From: Legionellales bacterium UBA4722
GTDB taxonomy: Bacteria; Pseudomonadota; Gammaproteobacteria; DSM-16500
Length of the DNA: 34,815 nt
Direction: 5' to 3'
NCBI GenBank assembly: GCA_002404295.1
Contig: DHJK01000169.1
Span: 4,882 to 39,696 of the forward strand
Position numbers and translations under genes: made by a program
The notes under the pieces: generated by a model
Databases searched by the model: none
What the model saw: only the letters and a program-made list of their open reading frames with translations
Told to the model about the DNA's origin: nothing
Shown: positions 22,986 to 32,458 of the stretch, in pieces
How the letters are laid out: every line of letters starts with the position of its first letter
Position numbering within the stretch: position 1 is the first letter of the stretch

Positions 22986-23135
22986 TTTCTCCGGAATGTG
23001 TGAATGAAGCGGAGAATTCTACAGGGGTTATGAAAAAAATCAATTAAATAATGTACAATAATATTTTGGTTGTTTTTTTTCTATGCACACATGAAATTAA
23101 ATGCTAGCAATTTCAAGAGGTTGGAATTGAAGACG

Positions 23136-23702
23136 TTAAGCAATCGGTAACGTAACCCCTTCTTGACCTTGATATTTCCCTTGTCGATCTTTGTAAGAAG
23201 TCTCACACGCCTCATCCGACTCAAGAAACAACAACTGTGCCACCCCTTCATTCGCATAAATTTTGGCAGGCAAAGTCGTCGTATTAGAAAACTCCAACGT
23301 AATATGTCCTTCCCACTCAGGCTCAAGCGGTGTGACATTAACGATAATACCGCATCGGGCATAAGTAGACTTGCCTACACATAGCACCAGAATATTTCGA
23401 GGAATACGAAAATATTCAATACTGCGCGCTAATGCAAACGAGTTAGGAGGAATTATGCACACATCAGAGTTAACATCCACAAAGCTGTGTTCAGAGAAAT
23501 TTTTGGGATCGACGATAGCTGAGTTAATATTAGTAAAAATTTTGAACTCAGGGGCGCAGCGAATATCGTAGCCGTAGCTTGAGGTGCCGTGGGAAATGAT
23601 TTTACCTTGGGGACCTGTGCGCAATTGCTGAGGTTCAAAAGGAGAAATCATATTGTATTCTTCCGCCATGCGGCGAATCCATTTATCGGCTTTAATGCTC
23701 AT
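23136..23702 (-). CDS. dcd: dCTP deaminase
   Basis: [44 protein letters not shown]. Confidence 0.98.
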   Translation of the reverse strand: MSIKADKWIRRMAEEYNMISPFEPQQLRTGPQGKIISHGTSSYGYDIRCAPEFKIFTNINSAIVDPKNFSEHSFVDVNSDVCIIPPNSFALARSIEYFRIPRNILVLCVGKSTYARCGIIVNVTPLEPEWEGHITLEFSNTTTLPAKIYANEGVAQLLFLESDEACETSYKDRQGKYQGQEGVTLPIA

Positions 23703-23715
23703 AGGTTGCTACTCC

Positions 23716-24534
23716 CTAGTCGTTTTTAATCACAATGGTAGGAAACTTACCTGATTCATTCTGACCTTGCAAGGCGAGTTTCGCCATAATGCGTTTGGCT
23801 ATATCCCGGTAAAGAAGTGCATTTGCGCTGTCAGGATCCGCAATCACGGTGGGTTTCCCACTGTCTGCGTGTTCACGAATATGAATATCCAACGGTAATT
23901 GGCCTAATAATTCGATTGCATAGCGTTCTGCCATCTGCGCGCCACCGCCCGTTCCAAAAATGGATTCTTGATGACCGCATTGAGAGCAAATATGGATGCT
24001 CATGTTTTCAATAATCCCCAACACCGGTACATTCACTTTACGAAACATTTCATAAGCACGTCGGGCATCTAGCAAGGCTATGTCTTGAGGCGTTGTAACA
24101 ATGACCGCACCCGATACAGGAATTTTTTGAGTTAAAGTCAGTTGGATATCGCCCGTCCCCGGCGGTAAATCAATGACTAAATATTCTAAATCATCCCATT
24201 TCGTGTCATTCAGTAATTGTAGCAATGCCATGCTGACCATGGGGCCACGCCAAGCCATCGGCGATGTGTCATCAATCAAGTAACCAATAGACATCGATTG
24301 AATGCCATGCGCCATCACAGGAAACATGGTTTTTTTATCTTTGATCTCGGGGCGAGTAGTCACACCTAGCATCAAAGGTTGGCTTGGGCCGTAGATATCC
24401 GCATCTAAAATGCCGGTGCGCGCACCTTCTTTCGAAAAAGCTAAAGCTAAATTAACAGCTGTCGTTGATTTTCCTACGCCACCTTTACCGGATGCAATTG
24501 CAATAATGTTTTTTATGTTAGGTAATTGATTCAT
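23716..24534 (-). CDS. apbC: Fe-S cluster carrier ApbC/Mrp (short form)
   Basis: SGKGGVGKST, DADIYGPS, D.PPGTGD, VTTPQ, ENMS...C..C. Confidence 0.95.
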   Translation of the reverse strand: MNQLPNIKNIIAIASGKGGVGKSTTAVNLALAFSKEGARTGILDADIYGPSQPLMLGVTTRPEIKDKKTMFPVMAHGIQSMSIGYLIDDTSPMAWRGPMVSMALLQLLNDTKWDDLEYLVIDLPPGTGDIQLTLTQKIPVSGAVIVTTPQDIALLDARRAYEMFRKVNVPVLGIIENMSIHICSQCGHQESIFGTGGGAQMAERYAIELLGQLPLDIHIREHADSGKPTVIADPDSANALLYRDIAKRIMAKLALQGQNESGKFPTIVIKND

Positions 24535-24554
24535 AACTCACTCATTCATTATAT

Positions 24555-24710
24555 TGCTTAGTAAGCCCCTTCCCCCTCCGGGGGAAGGAAGGGAAGGGGG
24601 AATATAAAAAGCTCCCTTCTTTTTTTAGCGGAACCGCGAGAGAAAGAAGGTGGAATGAAATATTCCCCCTTCCTAACCTTCCCCCGGAGGGGGAAGGAAT
24701 GTTCTAAGCA
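24555..24710. repeat. Family B palindromic element, copy 2
   Basis: 37-bp arms 24568-24604/24661-24697 with 3 mismatches; TGCTTA...TAAGCA ends. Confidence 0.92.
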
Positions 24711-24719
24711 ACCTGACGC

Positions 24720-25982
24720 CTAAATTTGAAACACAGTTTCCAATTTTTTCTCAACTGCTTTATTTTGCAAGTTCACATAATACGGCAAACCATTTTTATA
24801 AGGCGGATAATCTTCTCCCTCAATCAATGGCGCTAAATAATGACGACATTTTTCTGTAATGCCAAATCCATCTTCACTAATATAATCGCGCGGCATTTTG
24901 ACTTCTACATTCGCCACTTTTTCAAGCGGTGCATCGCTTATAGACCAGCGATACGGATGATTAGAGTCGCGCACAATAATAGGCATAGTCGCATTTTTAC
25001 CCGATAAAGCAAGCTCAACAGCAGCTCTACCTAAAGCATAAGCTTGTTCCACATCTGTTTTAGACGCAATATGTCGTGCAGAACGTTGCAAATAATCAGC
25101 AAGTGCCCAATGGTATTTTAGCCCTAGTTTTTCTTTGATGAGATTAGCAAGCATCGGCGCAACACCGCCTAATTGCTTATGACCAAACGCATCCACTAAA
25201 CCGGATTCAGACACAAAAGTACCATCTTGATTATGTAATCCTTCCGATGCCACGATCGAGCAAAATCCATATTTTTTAATACAGTCAGCAACCCGCTTTA
25301 AAAAAGCATCTGAATCAAAAGCAATTTCTGGAAATAAAATAATATGCGGTGCATCACCTTCTTTTTCCGCAGCCAGTCCACCCGCGGCTGCAATCCAACC
25401 TGCATGACGTCCCATCACTTCCAAAATAAATACTTTGGTGGATGTTAATGCCATAGAAGCCACATCTAAACTGGCTTCCTTGATTGACACAGCAACATAT
25501 TTTGCAACTGAACCAAAACCAGGGGAATTATCAGTAAACGGTAAATCATTATCTACAGTTTTAGGTATACCAATACACGTAATAGGGTAGCCCAAGGCCT
25601 GACTGATTTGTGAAACTTTGTAAGCCGTATCCTGAGAATCACCACCACCATTATAAAAAAAGTAACGAATATTATGCGCAGAAAACACTTCAATTAATCG
25701 TTCATATTGAGCACGATTTTTTTCCAGTGAGCCGAGCTTATGACGGCAAGAACCAAATGCACCAGCAGGCGTATGACGCAATGCAGCAATATCTGCGTCA
25801 GTTTCAAAACTGGTATCAATTAAATCTTCAGTGAGGGCGCCAATAATACCATTGCGTGCGGCCAAAACTTTACCAATTTGGTTGGGGTGTTTTCTGGCAG
25901 TTTGGATCACGCCACAAGCTGAAGCATTGATCACGGAAGTAACGCCACCTGATTGGGCGTAGAGGGCATTATAGACGTTCAT
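24720..25982 (-). CDS. 6-phosphofructokinase, probably PPi-dependent
   Basis: QSGG...VINAS, GGGDS, PKTVDND, EVMGRHAGW. Start at 25982 or 26000. Confidence 0.92.
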   Translation of the reverse strand: MNVYNALYAQSGGVTSVINASACGVIQTARKHPNQIGKVLAARNGIIGALTEDLIDTSFETDADIAALRHTPAGAFGSCRHKLGSLEKNRAQYERLIEVFSAHNIRYFFYNGGGDSQDTAYKVSQISQALGYPITCIGIPKTVDNDLPFTDNSPGFGSVAKYVAVSIKEASLDVASMALTSTKVFILEVMGRHAGWIAAAGGLAAEKEGDAPHIILFPEIAFDSDAFLKRVADCIKKYGFCSIVASEGLHNQDGTFVSESGLVDAFGHKQLGGVAPMLANLIKEKLGLKYHWALADYLQRSARHIASKTDVEQAYALGRAAVELALSGKNATMPIIVRDSNHPYRWSISDAPLEKVANVEVKMPRDYISEDGFGITEKCRHYLAPLIEGEDYPPYKNGLPYYVNLQNKAVEKKLETVFQI

Positions 25983-26015
25983 GTGTTTTTTAAACTCCAT
26001 ATTAAGATGGCCAGA

Positions 26016-26045
26016 ACTATATCTTGGTTATTGAGCCTAGATCAA
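26016..26045 (-). promoter_or_regulatory. Candidate sigma70 promoter of pfk
   Basis: Minus strand TTGATC-N18-TATAGT. Confidence 0.45.
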
Positions 26046-26089
26046 GGGGTACCAACGAATTCAGCAAATTACTCTGACTATTAGAATAG

Positions 26090-26312
26090 AAAAATGCCCT
26101 AGATATTCAAAGAGACGTCGAGAGTGGCCCTAATACCTATCCACTCTCGCCCCCGGCAAAACTTCTGCGATTTAGTTAAGAGGACATGGGGTTAATGCAG
26201 GCGAATCGTTGCCATGGATGGCAACACAAACGACAGGGATGTTGTGTTTTGAGCCAGCATTAACCCCATGTCCTCTTAACTAAATCGCAGCCTCTGCCCC
26301 CTCTTTTGCTTT
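26090..26312. repeat. Family D structured element, copy 2
   Basis: Perfect 34-bp stem 26165-26198/26257-26290; internal hairpins with TGGA and GGGA loops; same orientation as copy 1. Confidence 0.92.
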
Positions 26313-26392
26313 CAGCAAATTCAAATTGTCTCATTCCCCAGAGAAGGAAACCCTTCCCTGTGGACTGAGTGTTGGACGTAAACTGGTTGGAT

Positions 26393-26842
26393 TTATTGAT
26401 GAGTACCATCAAGCAAACTAGCTTGGGCAATTGTTCTAATAGGCGTAGGATTTGCCACTCTTCTGCTAAACATATAGGATTTATGTAACTCTGGAATCGT
26501 AGTGCTGCTAGCTAAGATGAAATGCGTATTTAATTGGCTAGCTAAGCGTAATACTTCAGACCGAGCACGACCGGTAATTAACCATTGGTCCCTTTGTGGA
26601 ATATCTAAAAAATCACCCACGTAAGCTAAAGATTGCTTCGCTTCATCATAGTAACGTTCAGCCAATACCACCATCGAAGGGATGTTGAAGTAGCAAGTAG
26701 GTAATGTAGGTATCACATGCACCAGGCTGAGCCTGATTGCTAAATGGGGTTGTTTAACGCGCGCGATGATTTGTTTGATTTGTGCAATCTCATCGTCCGT
26801 CGTTGCATTCGTAACTAATAAAACATTTCTCAGCGCATCCAT
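26393..26842 (-). CDS. Universal stress protein-like
   Basis: RNVLLVT, LSLVHVIP, G....EVLR.A..L....I.LAS pattern; divergent C-terminus. Start chosen by the AGGGAG RBS. Confidence 0.7.
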   Translation of the reverse strand: MDALRNVLLVTNATTDDEIAQIKQIIARVKQPHLAIRLSLVHVIPTLPTCYFNIPSMVVLAERYYDEAKQSLAYVGDFLDIPQRDQWLITGRARSEVLRLASQLNTHFILASSTTIPELHKSYMFSRRVANPTPIRTIAQASLLDGTHQ

Positions 26843-27067
26843 GGTCATTCTCCCTAACATGTATTCGGTGTACTACTACCCGTTGTTAGTCATTTCCTAA
26901 TGTTTTTCTAACAGCGGATCGCCATCATCTCATGATTATTCACTTAGGGAAATTAGCGAAAACCAATGGGAGTATGCTCAGTCTCCCTGTGGAAGTTGAG
27001 GGTTTCTCCCTACGGATTTAGGGTGATATGCTATAAAAGGGCATGGTTTGCGATTTTTGGCTAATAC

Positions 27068-27697
27068 CTACTCTTGAGTGGCAGGTTCCTGCACACCATT
27101 GGTTAGTACGAGTTTGACTAATTCGGGCACAGATCTGACGCTCATTTTCTTCATGACACTTGCACGGTGTGCTTCTACCGTTTTAAGTGAAATCATAAGT
27201 TCCGAGGAAATAACCTTGTTTTGCTTGCCTGCAACGATGCCTTGCAGTACTTGTATTTCGCGTGGCGATAGTAGGGCAAATTTTGCTTCAGCTTGCGCAT
27301 TCTCTTGTTGTTTTTCACGATTTGTTTTGTCAAAACGTAATGCTCTGTTGATACTTTCTAATAACACTTGGTCATTAAACGGTTTTGTTAAAAAATCCAC
27401 AGCACCTGCTTTCATAACACGTACTGCTAGTGGTACGTCTGCATGACCACTAATAAAAATAATAGGTAGTGTTGCACTGAGGGCGAGTAATTTACTTTGT
27501 AATTCGGGACCGCTCATACCGGGCATGCGCACATCCAGTAACAGGCAGCCATGTTGCTCTGGTTTGTAAGCATCTAAAAAATCTTGTGCTTGCGTAAAAA
27601 TTTTAGCTTTCAAACCGACTGATTCAATAATCCATGATAATGACTCTACCATTGCTGCATCATCATCTACTACATAAACAATTGCATCCATTGACAT
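27068..27697 (-). CDS. FixJ/TtrR-type response regulator (REC + LuxR HTH)
   Basis: VVDDD, LLDVRMPGMSG, GAVDFLTKP, LSPRE, NK.I...L.IS.KTVE.HR. AGGAG RBS before ATG 27697. Confidence 0.94.
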   Translation of the reverse strand: MSMDAIVYVVDDDAAMVESLSWIIESVGLKAKIFTQAQDFLDAYKPEQHGCLLLDVRMPGMSGPELQSKLLALSATLPIIFISGHADVPLAVRVMKAGAVDFLTKPFNDQVLLESINRALRFDKTNREKQQENAQAEAKFALLSPREIQVLQGIVAGKQNKVISSELMISLKTVEAHRASVMKKMSVRSVPELVKLVLTNGVQEPATQE

Positions 27698-27719
27698 AGG
27701 ATTCTCCTGGTTAATATTT

Positions 27720-29297
27720 TTAGTTAATTGGCAAAATAAAACGTATCCAGCTGTGATTATTTGTATTAGGGTTAATTGTAAATTGTCCGCCGTGTGCTTC
27801 AATAATAGAACGGCAGATCGCGAGTCCCATGCCGCGGCCATGTGCTTTAGTTGTGAAAAAAGGTGCAAACACTTTATGAATCATGTCCTTTGAAAAACCA
27901 GGACCTGTATCATGTAACGTAATTTCAATGGAGTGCGCATCCAATGCTTTTGTTTGAATATTTATTCTTCTTAATTTGGGATCCACTTCCTGCATAGCAT
28001 CCATAGCGTTTTGAATAAGATTTAATAATACTTGTTGTAGCTGAATGATGTCAGCATAAATCAGTTGTACGTTTTTACAAAAATCAAACTCAATTTTAAC
28101 TTTTGCCGTATTGATGTCATTACGAATGAGTGTGACGGTTTCACGAATCAAGCTATTAATTTTGCAGGGAGTTTTAAGTAACTGGCCTTTGCAAAAGAAA
28201 TTTTTCAAACGATGAATGACTTCACCCGCTCGTTGCGCTTGAATAACCGCTTTTTTCATTATTTCGGTTAATTGCGTTGGGTCGTGTTGTTTGTTTTCTA
28301 AATAGCGCACACAGCCTTGTGTATAGTTGATGATGGCGGAAAGGGGTTGGCTAATTTCATGTGCCATGCCAGAAGCCATTTCTTCCATGCTGCTTAAGCG
28401 GGAAACATGTGCTAGTTGTTGACCGCGCAAACGGGCTCGTTTATCAAGAATACGATCAGTGACATCACGAGATGCAGCCTGGATTTCACGAATGGTTCTT
28501 GTTTTTTCATCATAAAGTGTGCGAATATTGCTTTCGAACCAGCGATAATCACCTTCTTTTCGCCTTAGTCGATATGAAACAACTTGATGATTGGTATCTT
28601 CTTTGCGTCGGTTAAAAATCTTTTTTAATTTTTTTATGTCATCGTAATGAATAAATTTATATAAGCTACGATTCAATAATTCTTCAGGTTTGTAGCCAAA
28701 AAGTGTTTTAGCGGAGGGGGAGGCATAAAGATAGGTGCCGTCGGGTGTGTGGCGAGAAATAACGTCAGTTGTGTTTTCCACTAATAAATCGAATAGCAAT
28801 TTATTTTCATGTAAGGTTTTTTCATTGTTTTCTAGTATTTGTAATGATTTCAATAATAAATGATTAGTTGTGTAGTAGTACTCTAGTTGTTCTTGTAGCT
28901 GACGGTTGAGTTTTCCAAGGGTATTATTTAAATCCGTTTCTATCGTTTTATAAGTTAAAATATCTTGATGGGTAATGATCGCAGCCGCTTTATGCTGAGA
29001 AGCAGGATTGATTAAACTAGCGGAGGTTTTACAAAGACCTTTAATACCATTTTTACGGATGTACCGTGTTTCTGTCATCCATTTTTTTTGTTGGGGTAAG
29101 GTTTCTTGAATAATTTTAGGGAAAGGATGATTTTGTTCATAAATTAAATTGAGCGATTTACCCAGGACTTCTTTTTTGTAATATCCAAATAAAGAAGTGG
29201 CTCCTTGGTTCCAGTCAAGGATACGTCCAGTCCGATCTAGCAATACAGCGCTTTCCGGAATAGCGTCGAACAATGCTTGTGTGGTATCGGTATTCAT
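27720..29297 (-). CDS. Soluble two-PAS sensor histidine kinase (FixL-like architecture)
   Basis: Two PAS domains, H-box AHEISQPL, N-box QVLLNL..NA, DTGPG, PFFTTK, G.GLAIC; no TM segment. Confidence 0.93.
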   Translation of the reverse strand: MNTDTTQALFDAIPESAVLLDRTGRILDWNQGATSLFGYYKKEVLGKSLNLIYEQNHPFPKIIQETLPQQKKWMTETRYIRKNGIKGLCKTSASLINPASQHKAAAIITHQDILTYKTIETDLNNTLGKLNRQLQEQLEYYYTTNHLLLKSLQILENNEKTLHENKLLFDLLVENTTDVISRHTPDGTYLYASPSAKTLFGYKPEELLNRSLYKFIHYDDIKKLKKIFNRRKEDTNHQVVSYRLRRKEGDYRWFESNIRTLYDEKTRTIREIQAASRDVTDRILDKRARLRGQQLAHVSRLSSMEEMASGMAHEISQPLSAIINYTQGCVRYLENKQHDPTQLTEIMKKAVIQAQRAGEVIHRLKNFFCKGQLLKTPCKINSLIRETVTLIRNDINTAKVKIEFDFCKNVQLIYADIIQLQQVLLNLIQNAMDAMQEVDPKLRRINIQTKALDAHSIEITLHDTGPGFSKDMIHKVFAPFFTTKAHGRGMGLAICRSIIEAHGGQFTINPNTNNHSWIRFILPIN

Positions 29298-29400
29298 CCT
29301 TGCTTTCCCATCCTTTGGGTGTTTATAGTAACGCCTTCTACACTCGGATAAAACTGAGGTAATAGTATCACACTCTTATAACTTTGGTCAGGAGTAATCT

Positions 29401-30750
29401 ATGCGTATTCATATTTTAGGTATTTGCGGCACTTTTATGGCGGGCGTAGCTCAAATTGCGAAGCAAGCAGGACATGATGTGGTGGGTTCTGACCAGAATG
29501 TTTATCCACCGATGAGTACGCAATTGGAAGCGCAAGGTATTCAACTATTTAATGGGTTTGATGCGCAACACATTGATTCAACAGTGGATTGTGTGATCGT
29601 AGGTAATGTGATTAAGCGCGGTAATCCTGCGATGGAGTATGTCTTAGAAAAAAATCTGCCTTATGTATCAGGGCCGCAATGGTTGGCTGAAACCATTTTA
29701 CGTGATCGTTGGGTGCTGGCGGTTTCGGGTACGCATGGTAAAACGACAACAACGAGTATGTTGGCTTGGATTTTGGAATATGCCAAACAATCACCTGGGT
29801 TTTTGATTGGTGGAGTCCCGGAGAATTTTGGTGTTTCCGCTCGTATGGGCGCGGGGTCGCATTTTGTGATTGAAGCGGATGAGTATGACAGCGCGTTTTT
29901 TGATAAACGTTCGAAATTTATTCATTATCACCCAAAAACATTAATTTTAAATAATCTTGAGTTTGATCATGCGGATATTTTTCCTGATTTAGAGGCGATT
30001 AAGCAGCAGTTTCATTATTTAGTACGTACGGTGCCGGGTAATGGATTGATTGTGCGGCATGCGGAGGATGTGAATTTACAAGCCACCTTGGATAAAGGTT
30101 GTTGGACGCCTGTGATTACGTTTGGTGGGAAAGAAGGAGTTTGGCAGGCAGAAATGCTTAAAACTGACGGTAGTTATTTTTCAGTGAAACATAAGGGTGT
30201 GGATGTGGGTGAAGTGAGTTGGAGTTTATTAGGCAGGCATAATGTAGAAAATGCCTTGGCTTCGATTGCGGCAGCGCATCATGCGGGGGTGGCGATCGAT
30301 CAGGCCTTAGAAGCATTGCCTTACTTTAAAAATGTAAAAAGACGTATGGAAGTGAAAGGGGAAAAAGCAGGTATCACTATATATGATGATTTTGCTCATC
30401 ATCCCACCGCGATTTCGACTACATTGGCAGGATTGCGAGCAAAGATTGGCGATGCTCGATTGGTTGTTGTGTTGGAATTTGGTTCTTACACCATGCGTAC
30501 CGGCGTGCATAAAGACACGATTAAAAATTCATTGGATGCGGCAGATATTGTGATATGTAAACGTCCTGAGCAGGATACGTGGGGGTTAGAAAAAATATTA
30601 AAGGATTTTGCGCAGCCAACAGCTTTGTTTGATAACGTGGATAGTTTAGTGACAGGGCTGACTCAGCAGTTAAAACCAGGTGATCATGTGGTAGTGATGA
30701 GTAATTCAGGATTCGGTGGGATTCATCAGAAATTACTGAGTGCAATTTAG
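29401..30750 (+). CDS. mpl: Murein peptide ligase Mpl
   Basis: IHILGICGTFM, YPPMST, GTHGKTTT, EADEYDSAFFDKRSKF, DDFAHHPTA. Confidence 0.97.
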   Translation: MRIHILGICGTFMAGVAQIAKQAGHDVVGSDQNVYPPMSTQLEAQGIQLFNGFDAQHIDSTVDCVIVGNVIKRGNPAMEYVLEKNLPYVSGPQWLAETILRDRWVLAVSGTHGKTTTTSMLAWILEYAKQSPGFLIGGVPENFGVSARMGAGSHFVIEADEYDSAFFDKRSKFIHYHPKTLILNNLEFDHADIFPDLEAIKQQFHYLVRTVPGNGLIVRHAEDVNLQATLDKGCWTPVITFGGKEGVWQAEMLKTDGSYFSVKHKGVDVGEVSWSLLGRHNVENALASIAAAHHAGVAIDQALEALPYFKNVKRRMEVKGEKAGITIYDDFAHHPTAISTTLAGLRAKIGDARLVVVLEFGSYTMRTGVHKDTIKNSLDAADIVICKRPEQDTWGLEKILKDFAQPTALFDNVDSLVTGLTQQLKPGDHVVVMSNSGFGGIHQKLLSAI

Positions 30751-30756
30751 AGAAAT

Positions 30757-30806
30757 TATTCAGCGTATTGCTCTGTCTTTGTCGTGCCCGCCAACCTCTG
30801 CGGGCA
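30757..30806. repeat. Eroded family A remnant
   Basis: Starts with the TATTCAGC terminus, shares gtattgct with 20849, contains tcgtgcccgc and a tgcccgc/gcgggca stem. Confidence 0.6.
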
Positions 30807-30827
30807 TTATTCTCTAAAGTAATTTTC

Positions 30828-30862
30828 AGCAAGAAACTTGCCATAATAGGAAGTTTCTTGCT
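30828..30862. promoter_or_regulatory. Probable AbiEi autoregulatory operator
   Basis: Perfect 12-bp inverted repeat agcaagaaactt-N11-aagtttcttgct enclosing CATAAT, 12 nt before the antitoxin ATG. Confidence 0.7.
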
Positions 30863-30874
30863 AAAATATGGAAT

Positions 30875-31528
30875 ATGACTACTCTCAAAGATAAAATCAT
30901 TGAAGCAGGCTTTGCTGATCATATTCTTACCGATGTTGATCTCAATAACTTATTAGACGGGACTCCCGCCGTCCGTTACGGAATGGTTAATAAGGCCTTA
31001 AAAAAAGAAGAAATCATTCAAATTCGCAGGGGTCTTTATTTGCTTGCCGACAGGTATCGTCAAAAAAAGCTCAGCAAATTTTTTCTTGCTAGTCGCATCG
31101 TGCCTCATAGTTACATCTCTCTAGAGAGTGCATTGTCTTTTTATGGCTGGATTCCAGAGCATGTTACAACAGTCACAAGTGTGCTAGCTTGTGGCCGCAC
31201 TAAAAAATTTCTAACGTCTTTTGGGGAATTTACTTTTTATCAACTGCCTGTTAACGAATATGAGTTTTTCACTGACGTCACTCGTATGGAAGAAATTGCA
31301 GGCGAACCTTTTTTGCTAGCATCGCCATTGCGAGCATTGGCTGATTATGTCTATATAAAAAAAATAGATTGGCAAGGTATTGGCTATTTAACAGATAGTC
31401 TACGTATTGAAATCGAACAACTGATGCAAATTAACCCTGACCACTTTATTGAAATAAAAAGGGTATATCGCTCTAAACGTGTGTTGAATTTTTTAGATAA
31501 TCTTAAGAAGGAAATTAACAAGTCATGA
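30875..31528 (+). CDS. Type IV toxin-antitoxin antitoxin, AbiEi-like
   Basis: N-terminal wHTH ending IRRGLY; SYISLESALSFYGWIPE; ASP.RAL.D; ATGA overlap with the toxin. Confidence 0.87.
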   Translation: MTTLKDKIIEAGFADHILTDVDLNNLLDGTPAVRYGMVNKALKKEEIIQIRRGLYLLADRYRQKKLSKFFLASRIVPHSYISLESALSFYGWIPEHVTTVTSVLACGRTKKFLTSFGEFTFYQLPVNEYEFFTDVTRMEEIAGEPFLLASPLRALADYVYIKKIDWQGIGYLTDSLRIEIEQLMQINPDHFIEIKRVYRSKRVLNFLDNLKKEINKS

Positions 31529-32385
31529 TTGCTAATATCATTGATGCAAGACTTGAAGCGTATGCTCTTAATACAATTGAGGATGAAGAGCATGCACTCA
31601 AAGAAATTTTGCAAGAAATTGCTCTTTATGGACTGGCAAATGCTAATTTTTTTAAGGAAGCTATTTTTCATGGCGGATCAGCGCTTCGGATTTTATATGG
31701 CCTTCCACGTTTCTCAGAAGATTTGGATTTTTTATTAAAAAATCCAAATCCTGATTTTAATTGGGAACCTTATATGGATGCAATCAGTTCTACTTGCAAA
31801 CAATATGGTGTTCGTCCTGAAATTATTGATAAAAGTCGTGTTAATAATACAATCAAGAAAATGTTTTTAAAAGACAATTCGATTGGAAAAATGATTAACT
31901 TATCGTTTGTTCATTACCCTGAAAAGAAACTGGCAATAAAATTTGAAATTGATACAAACCCTCCTCTGGGCTCTAATCTGGAGATCAAATTTCTAGAGTT
32001 TCCTTTAGATTATTCTATTGTTGCACAAGACCTTGGTAGTAGCTTTGCAGGGAAATGCCATGCATTGTTGTGTCGTGAATATATTAAAGGTCGTGATTGG
32101 TACGATTTCACCTGGTACGTAGCCAAAAAAGTTGTTCCCAATTTTATTTTTCTTTCAAATGCTCTTTATCAGCAAGGACCTTGGGCTAAGCAGGAGCAGA
32201 TTGTAACACCTGAGTGGTTTATTGAAGCCATGCAGCAAAAAATTAATAGTATTGATTGGAGTAAAGCATCAAGCGATGTTTCGCCATTTCTGAACATGCA
32301 AGATAAAAAAGCATTAGCTTTGTGGGGAGTTGATTTTTTTACAGATAAGCTTGAAAAACTAAAGATTGTTTTGGGGATTTGTTAA
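31525..32385 (+). CDS. Type IV toxin, AbiEii/AbiGii nucleotidyltransferase
   Basis: FHGGSALRILYGLPRFSEDLDF, K.EID.NPP, K..A...R...KGRD.YD. Confidence 0.92.
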   Translation: MIANIIDARLEAYALNTIEDEEHALKEILQEIALYGLANANFFKEAIFHGGSALRILYGLPRFSEDLDFLLKNPNPDFNWEPYMDAISSTCKQYGVRPEIIDKSRVNNTIKKMFLKDNSIGKMINLSFVHYPEKKLAIKFEIDTNPPLGSNLEIKFLEFPLDYSIVAQDLGSSFAGKCHALLCREYIKGRDWYDFTWYVAKKVVPNFIFLSNALYQQGPWAKQEQIVTPEWFIEAMQQKINSIDWSKASSDVSPFLNMQDKKALALWGVDFFTDKLEKLKIVLGIC

Positions 32386-32412
32386 GTATGAGTGGAATGT
32401 TCTTTAAAATAC

Positions 32413-32442
32413 TGCCACCCGAAGCGATCGCCCAAGGTGGCA
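32413..32442. terminator. Possible shared terminator hairpin between convergent genes
   Basis: tgccacc/ggtggca stem; weak T-tracts. Confidence 0.4.
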
Positions 32443-32458
32443 ATAGACAAGGTAACTA

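Noticed and set aside
27698-27868. Longer ORF-track starts for the response regulator (also rng 2775, hda 18255)
   Set aside because: They overlap upstream genes; downstream ATGs fit RBS or coupling and family N-termini better.
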